Below, piece after piece: positions 25,157 to 32,000 of a DNA stretch of 32,000 bases; the stretch's first letter is position 1; the number at the start of each line of letters is the position of its first letter. The position numbers and the translations under genes are program-made. The DNA is taken from contig NZ_AUCT01000030.1 of NCBI RefSeq assembly GCF_000429905.1, positions 16,899-48,898 of the forward strand. The letters run 5' to 3'. The notes below the pieces were generated by a model that had not been told where the DNA came from, searched no databases, and saw only the letters and a list, made by a program, of their open reading frames with translations. This stretch comes from Desulfatibacillum aliphaticivorans DSM 15576. GTDB lineage: Bacteria; Desulfobacterota; Desulfobacteria; Desulfobacterales; Desulfatibacillaceae.

Positions 25157-25460
25157 CGTGCTTCTCTCCAAACAGGGCTAGGATTTTTTCCTTATCGCTC
25201 AAGTTGCCGTAAACCAGGGATTCCATGCCGTGAGCCTCGATCTCCAGGGCGGGCGTAAGATATATTCCTTTTTCCAGGGCGACTTCAGGGGTTGCAACAA
25301 CATCCACGATGGCTACTTTCAAATTCCATTGTGATATATTTTCCTGGATCATTTTGATGTTTTGCAAAGCGATACGGGAGTTGGGGGCGTCTCCGGCAAT
25401 GTAAAGCACGGCCCGGCAATCCGGCAGGCCGGAGCCGCAATTCTGGTCATGAGCCGTCAT
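25128..25460 (-). CDS. kaiB: KaiB-family protein (thioredoxin-like fold clock/timer component)
   Basis: LYIAGDAPNSRIALQNIK...LKVAIVDVVATPEVALEKGIYLTPAL...GNLSDKEKIL parallels Synechococcus KaiB (LYVAGNTPNS...ATPTL...GDLSDREKVL, from memory). ATG 25460 is preceded by AGGGAGG. The gene overlaps the kaiC stop by 14 nt. Confidence 0.85.
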   Translation of the reverse strand: MTAHDQNCGSGLPDCRAVLYIAGDAPNSRIALQNIKMIQENISQWNLKVAIVDVVATPEVALEKGIYLTPALEIEAHGMESLVYGNLSDKEKILALFGEKHDDVQDAAVL

Positions 25461-26916
25461 CTGAGGCCTCCCTTTCAATTACCTTCACACCATGGCTGGT
25501 AATCCTGAAGTCATGAATCATGTTGGAATGGCTGCGGCCGCGTGATTTCAGTATAACGAGTTTTCTTTCGTATCCCCGGTCCGTTTCCACATTGCGCAGC
25601 AAAATCACCGTGTCAATAATGGATGAAAGATCCAGGCCGGTTATCTCTCCCTCCCTGGGGGACGGCGAGGACAGGTTCGTAAGCAGGACCGTTATTCCCT
25701 GCTTCTTGCAATGGGTGACCAGCCTGAGAAGATAATCAAAGGCGGAATGCTTGGAGCCCATCCGGCGGCAGGCCGAAATGGCGTCCAGGATCAAATGCCG
25801 GGGCTGGAAATCCTCGATGGCCTTGAAAGCCTGGATCAGGTGTTCTTCTATCCCCTGGGACTCCGGCATGGAGGAAATGAACTTTAGATGGCCGGTGTCC
25901 AGAGCCGCGTTCATGTCCAGGCCGGGGCTGAGCATGCAGCTTGCCAGCGCGTCCCAGGACTCCTCAAAATCCAGGTATAAAACCTTTTCATGCAAGGATG
26001 TTATGGCTCTGCAATAGGAACAGGCAAAGGTGGTTTTGCCGGTCCCGCTGGCGCCGGTGATCAACGTGCAGGAATTACGGCGATATCCCCCGGAAATCAG
26101 GGCGTCCAGGTCTTTAACCCCTGAAGTGATGGACTCTCCAAACGCCCGGTGCTGTAAATCGGCCTGGGTTACGGGGATGATCCACAAACCTCTGCCGGTA
26201 ATCCCAAAAGGATATTCGTTCCTTCCATAGGAGGAACCCCGATATTTCACCACGCGCAAGCGCCTTGTGACCACCTGTTCCGAAACCCTTTGGTCCAGGT
26301 GCACGACGCAGTCAGCCATATATTCCAAAAACTCATGATGCCGAAAGGTCCGGGCGCCGGCGTTCGCCTTGACCGTCACCATGGCGGTCAGTCCGGAATC
26401 CAGAATCCACTCATGAAGCAAATGGAACTCCCCCCGCTCCCTGGCCTCGTCTCCAAGGAGCCTCAACAGGACGTCCGGTGCGTCAATGACAATATTCTCA
26501 GCTTTCATCTCTGCGATTTTATTCTCCAGGATGCCCAGCAAGCCCTGCAGATCGAAGTCTCCGCTAAACACAGCGTCCGGTTTAATGCGCGCGCTTATAA
26601 GACTGAGGCGCCCTTGCTCCTCCAGGGCCTTGACGTCCCACCCAAAAGAGCTCGCGTAGCGTCGCAGGGCGTCCTTCCGCTCCTCAAAGGTCAGTAGAAT
26701 TCCGGGGCCCCCGTTCACTGCGCCCCTGACGAGAAACTCCAGGCCGAACATGGTCTTTCCCGTACCCGGCCCTCCCACAAGCAACGTCATGGCCCCCTTG
26801 GGGACGCCCCCCATGAGAACTTCGTCAAACCCCTTGATTCCGGTAGCTTCCTTGGGCGCCTTCCCCGTACAGGCGGAGGCAGGGCCCTGCAATTCGTTAG
26901 ATTCCATGGGCATCAT
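25447..26916 (-). CDS. kaiC: KaiC-family double RecA-like ATPase / autokinase
   Basis: Two duplicated domains, each with a Walker A (GGPGTGKT; GASGTGKT) and catalytic EE pair (LLTFEERKDAL; YLDFEESWDAL). The C-terminal motif EITGLDLSSIIDTVILL aligns with the KaiC phosphosite region. The start is ambiguous among ATGs 26916/26913/26907 after AAGGAAG; the track start 26973 is a TTG. Confidence 0.9.
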   Translation of the reverse strand: MMPMESNELQGPASACTGKAPKEATGIKGFDEVLMGGVPKGAMTLLVGGPGTGKTMFGLEFLVRGAVNGGPGILLTFEERKDALRRYASSFGWDVKALEEQGRLSLISARIKPDAVFSGDFDLQGLLGILENKIAEMKAENIVIDAPDVLLRLLGDEARERGEFHLLHEWILDSGLTAMVTVKANAGARTFRHHEFLEYMADCVVHLDQRVSEQVVTRRLRVVKYRGSSYGRNEYPFGITGRGLWIIPVTQADLQHRAFGESITSGVKDLDALISGGYRRNSCTLITGASGTGKTTFACSYCRAITSLHEKVLYLDFEESWDALASCMLSPGLDMNAALDTGHLKFISSMPESQGIEEHLIQAFKAIEDFQPRHLILDAISACRRMGSKHSAFDYLLRLVTHCKKQGITVLLTNLSSPSPREGEITGLDLSSIIDTVILLRNVETDRGYERKLVILKSRGRSHSNMIHDFRITSHGVKVIEREASDDGS

Positions 26917-27001
26917 CACTTCCTTTATTCCGATCTTGCGGAATAGAGAGGGATCATTCTTCCTGGGCCGCAAGCACAGTGGGTGAAATCAACAGCGGCA
27001 G

Positions 27002-27031
27002 GATGAAAACAGGATGCATCCTGGATTCATC
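27002..27031. promoter_or_regulatory. 30-bp near-perfect palindrome upstream of kaiC (operator or leader hairpin candidate)
   Basis: GATGAA-aac-AGGATG|CATCCT-gga-TTCATC, with a perfect 14-bp core CAGGATGCATCCTG at 27010-27023. It lies about 86-115 nt upstream of the preferred kaiC start. An AT-rich stretch beyond it (27060-27240) contains a possible TTGGGG-N17-TATTAT promoter on the minus strand. Confidence 0.35.
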
Positions 27032-27396
27032 GCCGTCCCTTCCGTCTGACGCATCGCCTGAAGGAGACACATTAATCTATTGATATAATACAAAAATAAT
27101 GCTCCATCCCCAAAATAAAAGGCGGCTGTCAGCGCTCTGCGGGACGATCTCGCAATCATAAATCCTATCCACGGGAATTATCCCTTACATAATCTTAACA
27201 TCCGTAATCTTTTCTGATCAAGATTAAATATACGGCGTCTGTTTGCCGTCGGCATTGATTGGCCGGCTGCGCACGATTGCGAAACCGCCTGCTCCTGTTT
27301 GCAGGAGCCGCGAACCACTCTTGGTGAAACTCCAAAGGCTGTGAGATATCCAAAAGAGGCCCATGGGCGTGATTATTGTTTTTTTTGCAGGAATTC

Positions 27397-30189
27397 TTAC
27401 CGCGTCAGGGTCCGATAAATTCTGGGCAGTTTGTGGGGCAGTTCGCGGACGTCGGAGATGAGGTTGTGGTGCACTCCCCCGTAGATGAGATCCAGGTTGA
27501 TGCTGGTCTGCAGGTTGACCGTAATGGCGTGCACGTGGACCTGCTGGGACCTCGCTTCGGCGATGGCCTTGCGGGTGTCGGCAATGCTGTATTGGCCCTT
27601 GTACTCCAGGTCGTTGGGGAAACCGTCGCTCAGCACGATCATCAAACGCACCTTGGAGGGAACCTGGGAAAGCACGTGGGCTGCATGGCGGATGGCCGGC
27701 CCCATGCGGGTGTTGCGGGAAGGCGCCATGCCGCTGATGCGCTGCTTGACCTCCGGGGTCATGGCCTCTTCAAAATCCTTGATCCGGGTGTAATCCACCC
27801 TAAGCCTGCCGGCGCCGGAAAAGCCTGCGATTGCAAAGGAGTCCCCGACGGCGCCCAGGGCTTCGCAGAACAGGACGATGGCTTCCTTTTCCACGTCCAG
27901 GACGCTTTTTTCGGAGCCCGCCGCCAGGTTGCTGGTGGAGCGGGAAAGGTCCACCAAAAGCAGCACGGACACGTCGCGGATTTGCTTGACCCGTTTGATG
28001 TACAGCCTTTCGGACGGGGTTCTGCCCATCCTGCGATCCACGGCGTAGTCGATCAAGGCCCGATAGTCGAAGTCGTCCCCTTCCACCCAGTGGCGGAGAA
28101 TGGCCAGCCCCTGGGGCCGGAGCAACTCAAAACTCTTTCGGATGTTTTTCACCAGCCCGGAGTGCTCCTTGAGCGAGGCGTCGTAAAACTCCCCATGGCT
28201 GGGCAGGCCGGGCGAAGCCACCACCCGGCAGTAGTCGGGCAAATAATCCTGGGAATTGTGGTCCCATTCCTTGTACCAGAAGACCGGGGCGTTCAGGTCG
28301 TCGTCCTGGGGCAGGGAGTGGGCCAGGTCGCCCGAGTCCCTGAGGGAGGAAAAATCCATGCGCTCCTCCTGCCCGGGCTCCAAAGGCTGGGGCTCGGTCG
28401 CTCCCTGCTCCGGAGGCTGCACGATGAGGTCGCGCAAATCCTGTTCGGTCAGGGTTCCGTGCTGGGAGTCCATGCGTTTTTTCAAATCGGACCGGAGGGC
28501 GTAGACGCCCATTTGCGACAGCTTGGCCATCAACTGGGCCGCCCGGCGGTCGTTTTCCGGCATGGGCGCGTTTCCGCCCGCCAGGATGGTTCGGCCGAAG
28601 GGTACCTGCATGGGCTGGTATTCCCTGACCAGATCCTTGGCCATCATGACGCCGTACCAGGACTGCAAAAATCCCAGCCACGGGCCGTAAAGATCCGCAG
28701 TCAGGGCCGCGCTTTGATGCACGTCCGGCGGATCGCCTTCCATGGATTGAAAGGCGTTTAAAGAAGTTTGGATGATCCGTGCAACATCGTCATCCAGGTG
28801 GAATTTTTCCATATCCATACCCAGCGCTGCGGGGGCGTAAAGCCAGGTCATGGGAGGCGCGCCCTGCTCCAGGATGCGCTCCATTTCCGCGATCATATAG
28901 GGAAATGCGCTCTTGGCGAAGCCGGGGTATTTTTCCAAAAGCAGGCGCCCTACCCTGGCGTGCTCCAGGGCGACGAACAGGTCCCGGGCGATCTGAAAGG
29001 CGTCGAATTCCGATAAAAACAAAAACAGGTCCGAGTATTGGGACTGGGTTTCGGGCAGGCTGAATTCCAGGCCCCGGGCCCGGCATGCAAACACAGCCTT
29101 TGTCAGGTCGAAATCATAGGTTTCGAACTCGCACAGCCCGGCTTCCAGGCGGGCCAGGGCTTTGTACAGGGCGGTGTTGTTCTCCTTATCCGGGAAAAAG
29201 CCCATTTCCCCGGGAAGATACACGGCCCTGCCGTCGGTGATTGACAGGGTGTGACGGCCCACGCCCCGGTTGTGAAGAGGCTCGATGGGCTTGACGTTCA
29301 GTCCCTTGCCGGTCCTGGCGCGCAAATACCGGGTGATGACCTGGCGATTGGATTCCAGGGAAACCGTAACCTGCAGGCTGGAAAAGGCGTCAGCGCCCAG
29401 CTTGGATTCCAGGCGCAAAAACTTCATGGCCGCGTCCCGGCTGTGGGAAAGCCGGCCCAGGCCTTCGTCCGTAAAAATCTCCAGGGCTTCTTTGTCCAGA
29501 AGGTGCACGCCTTTTTCCAGCCCATCGCACAGGGGCTCGATGCAATCCAGGCTGACCTTGCCGACCTTGGCCAGGGCCTGCATCTGAAAGCATCGCCTGG
29601 CTTTGGGCAGGTTTTTGGCGGCCTTTGGCAATAATTGAGAAAAAAGCAGGCGCTGATGGTAGGTCATGCTTTGATGGAACACAACGCGGACCAGGTGCAG
29701 GTAGGCCGCAGCGGCGTCCGGGTCGTCCCGGTGCATGAGCCAGGAAAAAGCCTCCAAGGGCCGCTCCATGGCGTGGGCGCTCCATTTTTTGACGGAGTAA
29801 ATGGCGCCGATCAACCGGGCGCCCATGTTTTTTTTGCCCGAAAGAATCGCCAAAGGCATGGATTCGGCCACCAGCTTGCCCAGGGTGGCGCCTTCCCGGC
29901 CCGCATGATTGACCAGGTTGCAATACAGGTTGAATCGCCGGTCCGGCTCGTCCAGAATCCGGGCCATGCCCAGGCAATACGCCTTGCCGAAGGCGGTTTC
30001 CGAAGCCAGGGCCTTAATGCCGTATTCCGCCAGTCGGGGAATGCGTTCCAGTCGGGTCTTGGAAAGGAGAAGGCCTCGCACCAGTTCCGCGGTTTCGGGA
30101 TCAGCGATGGAAAGGGGCTCCATCAAGGCCCGAATCCTGGCCAGATTCTCCTGTGCATTTACGCCGGGCTGACCCATGGCTGGCCCCAT
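27397..30189 (-). CDS. NorD/CbbO-like protein: long helical N-terminal region plus C-terminal von Willebrand factor A domain
   Basis: 930 aa. The C-terminal VWA domain has a MIDAS motif (LLLVDLSRSTS ... GFSG ... IVLSDGFPND). The start lies 3 nt after the stop of the NorQ/CbbQ-like ATPase, which is the classic MoxR-class AAA+/VWA pairing. Confidence 0.8.
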   Translation of the reverse strand: MGPAMGQPGVNAQENLARIRALMEPLSIADPETAELVRGLLLSKTRLERIPRLAEYGIKALASETAFGKAYCLGMARILDEPDRRFNLYCNLVNHAGREGATLGKLVAESMPLAILSGKKNMGARLIGAIYSVKKWSAHAMERPLEAFSWLMHRDDPDAAAAYLHLVRVVFHQSMTYHQRLLFSQLLPKAAKNLPKARRCFQMQALAKVGKVSLDCIEPLCDGLEKGVHLLDKEALEIFTDEGLGRLSHSRDAAMKFLRLESKLGADAFSSLQVTVSLESNRQVITRYLRARTGKGLNVKPIEPLHNRGVGRHTLSITDGRAVYLPGEMGFFPDKENNTALYKALARLEAGLCEFETYDFDLTKAVFACRARGLEFSLPETQSQYSDLFLFLSEFDAFQIARDLFVALEHARVGRLLLEKYPGFAKSAFPYMIAEMERILEQGAPPMTWLYAPAALGMDMEKFHLDDDVARIIQTSLNAFQSMEGDPPDVHQSAALTADLYGPWLGFLQSWYGVMMAKDLVREYQPMQVPFGRTILAGGNAPMPENDRRAAQLMAKLSQMGVYALRSDLKKRMDSQHGTLTEQDLRDLIVQPPEQGATEPQPLEPGQEERMDFSSLRDSGDLAHSLPQDDDLNAPVFWYKEWDHNSQDYLPDYCRVVASPGLPSHGEFYDASLKEHSGLVKNIRKSFELLRPQGLAILRHWVEGDDFDYRALIDYAVDRRMGRTPSERLYIKRVKQIRDVSVLLLVDLSRSTSNLAAGSEKSVLDVEKEAIVLFCEALGAVGDSFAIAGFSGAGRLRVDYTRIKDFEEAMTPEVKQRISGMAPSRNTRMGPAIRHAAHVLSQVPSKVRLMIVLSDGFPNDLEYKGQYSIADTRKAIAEARSQQVHVHAITVNLQTSINLDLIYGGVHHNLISDVRELPHKLPRIYRTLTR

Positions 30190-30192
30190 CCT

Positions 30193-31020
30193 CTAAAACA
30201 GGTCTTCGATGAGATCGAATATGGTTTCTGACAACCCCGGATCATCGGTAATGGGCAGGCACATGCTGGTCAGGCAGGCGTTCTTGGGGGAAATGCCCTG
30301 CCGGATCAACTGGGCCGCGTAGATAAGCAGGCGGGTGCTGGCGCCTTCGGCAAGCCCCTGCTCACGCAGGTTGCGGATGCGATGGGCCAGGCCCACCAGG
30401 GACAAGGCGGTTTCTTCGTCCACGCCCCCTTCCTTTTCCACGATTTTAGCCTCGTCCTCCTGGGAGGGATACTCGAACTCCAGGCACACAAAACGCTGGC
30501 GGGTGCTCTGCTTAAGATCCTTGACCACGGACTGGTAGCCGGGGTTGTACGAAACCACCAGCAAAAAATCCGGGTGAGCTTCCACCACCTCGCCCTTTTT
30601 ATCCAGGGAGAGAATACGGCGGTCGTCGGTCAGGGGATGGATGACCACGGTGGTGTCCTTACGGGCTTCCACCACTTCGTCCAGATAGCAGATGGCGCCC
30701 ATGCGCACGGCCCGGGACAAGGGGCCGTCCACCCACACGGTTTCGTCGTCTTTTAAAAGGTAGCGGCCCAAGAGGTCGGAGGCGAACAAGTCCTCATGGC
30801 ACGAGACGGTGACCAGGGGCCTGCCCAGCTTGTAGGCCATGTGCTGCACAAAGCGGGTTTTTCCGCATCCTGTGGGGCCTTTCAGCATGACCGGCAGCCT
30901 GGCGTTATATGCAGCGGTGAAAAGGGGCTTTTCGTCGCCCACCGGCAAATAAAAGGGCTCGTTGCTGATCATGTAAGCGGAAGAGTCGGGAGTTTGTGTA
31001 TTTTCGAGGGCCTGGCTCAT
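30193..31020 (-). CDS. CbbQ/NorQ/NirQ-type MoxR-class AAA+ ATPase
   Basis: 275 aa. Walker A is [13 protein letters not shown] and Walker B is [13 protein letters not shown]. Other family-typical stretches are [22 protein letters not shown] and STR.LI.AA. ATG 31020 is preceded by AAGGAA. Confidence 0.85.
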   Translation of the reverse strand: MSQALENTQTPDSSAYMISNEPFYLPVGDEKPLFTAAYNARLPVMLKGPTGCGKTRFVQHMAYKLGRPLVTVSCHEDLFASDLLGRYLLKDDETVWVDGPLSRAVRMGAICYLDEVVEARKDTTVVIHPLTDDRRILSLDKKGEVVEAHPDFLLVVSYNPGYQSVVKDLKQSTRQRFVCLEFEYPSQEDEAKIVEKEGGVDEETALSLVGLAHRIRNLREQGLAEGASTRLLIYAAQLIRQGISPKNACLTSMCLPITDDPGLSETIFDLIEDLF

Positions 31021-31178
31021 TATGATATTCCTTTTTTTTCTTTTTTGACGACTTCAAAAGGCGAATATAGTGGAGGACCTTCTTTGGGTCAAGGCGCTAA
31101 AAAAACTTGGCACGGATTGTCTTGCATCCTTTGGGTTTTATGATATGAACAAGCATCTATCGGGTTTGGAGGCGTTCT

Positions 31179-32000
31179 ATGAAATTAAGATGGAAAGTCT
31201 TTCTCCTCTTAATGATTTTTTCCCTTGTACCGCTCATGGTTGTGACCGCCATTAGCCAAAAGGCTACCAAAACGGCGGGGAATATGCTTTCGCACGACAG
31301 CCGCACGGCCCTGCTGGAGCTTTCGGAAAGGGCTCTGGAAGTCACGGTGGGCAACACGGCTGAAATCCAAAAGGGATTGGAAAGCGCTTTGGAGTTCCGC
31401 ATGGCCTCCATGGCGCGCAAGGCGGAATACCTGTACGTCATGCCCGTCCCCGCATCGGACGCCTCTTTGTACTGGAAAAAGGACTTTAACGATCCAGCCA
31501 AAGCCCCGCCTGACCTGGCCCCCCATGACGGATATGAAATACGGCATATGGACGGCCAGGTCACGCCGTATTCCATCAGCCTGGAATATCCCGTCATCGC
31601 CGCGGCGCCGGGGGTGAATCCTGATGAACATCCCGTGGACAAGGCTGTTTTGGCGAGCCTTAGAAACGAGTTTATAAGCGCCTATAGGGACAGCGAATCC
31701 CGTGCAACATCCTGCATAGCCCTGGAAAGCGGCTTGTTTGCAGCCTATCCGGGCCATGGAGAATTTCCCGACGGCTACGACCCCCGGCTTAAGCCCTGGT
31801 ACAGGGCCGCGCTCACCCAAACCAGCCCGGACAATCCCGTGACCTGGACCTTCCCCATGGTGGACGAAGTGACGGGCCAGGTGGTCTTTGCCGCCTCCAC
31901 CCTGATCCACGATCCGGAAGGCAAGGTGGCGGGGGTTCTATGCATGAACGTGCTCTTGGAGGAAGTTCTGAACATGGCGGCCATGCCGTCCTCGTGGATC
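31179..32000 (+). CDS. Sensor protein N-terminus with periplasmic Cache (dCache-like) domain, truncated by the window end
   Basis: This open frame is absent from the ORF track because it has no stop in the window. ATG 31179 is preceded by TGGAGG. The signal anchor is MKLRWKVFLLLMIFSLVPLMVVTAI. The Cache hallmark YDPRLKPWYRAA is present, followed by P.VD..TG..V..AS. The output domain is not visible. Confidence 0.75.
   Translation, partial: MKLRWKVFLLLMIFSLVPLMVVTAISQKATKTAGNMLSHDSRTALLELSERALEVTVGNTAEIQKGLESALEFRMASMARKAEYLYVMPVPASDASLYWKKDFNDPAKAPPDLAPHDGYEIRHMDGQVTPYSISLEYPVIAAAPGVNPDEHPVDKAVLASLRNEFISAYRDSESRATSCIALESGLFAAYPGHGEFPDGYDPRLKPWYRAALTQTSPDNPVTWTFPMVDEVTGQVVFAASTLIHDPEGKVAGVLCMNVLLEEVLNMAAMPSSWI

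Noticed and set aside
31108-31126. Perfect sigma-54 half-elements, TGGCAC and TTGCA, about 55 nt upstream of the Cache sensor gene.
   Set aside because: The two boxes are separated by 8 nt rather than 5, so GG-to-GC is 15 instead of 12. That is three nt too long for a functional -24/-12 promoter. I kept it only as a curiosity.

Overview
This is a GC-rich chromosomal window. From gene content I infer a deltaproteobacterial / Desulfobacterota-type anaerobe. I could run no searches, so every product call rests on motifs read from the translations.

Gene order:
- (-) a 1262-aa secreted multidomain protein and a membrane-anchored partner
- (-) a small secreted protein
- (-) an amidohydrolase
- (+) a periplasmic selenocysteine formate dehydrogenase operon. 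The alpha subunit has an in-frame TGA that the ORF track splits in two. It is followed by a 4x[4Fe-4S] beta subunit and an NrfD-type membrane subunit.
- (+) a thioesterase-like protein, an HD phosphohydrolase, a ModF-like double ABC ATPase, a CaCA cation exchanger, a transglutaminase-like protein and a DUF362/ferredoxin protein
- (-) a translationally coupled kaiC-kaiB-hybrid histidine kinase module with no kaiA
- (-) an orphan NorQ/CbbQ AAA+ ATPase with a 930-aa NorD/CbbO-like VWA protein
- (+) a partial Cache-domain sensor running off the 3' end

The least explained signal is a ~340-bp non-coding repeat family. It occurs at three intergenic loci (160-375, 5757-6395, 13928-14981), twice as head-to-tail arrays. 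All copies share one orientation regardless of the strand of flanking genes. The units contain conserved hairpins whose pairing is kept through compensatory changes, stem replacement and a loop insertion.

I saw no rRNA, tRNA, CRISPR array, transposase or integrase gene.
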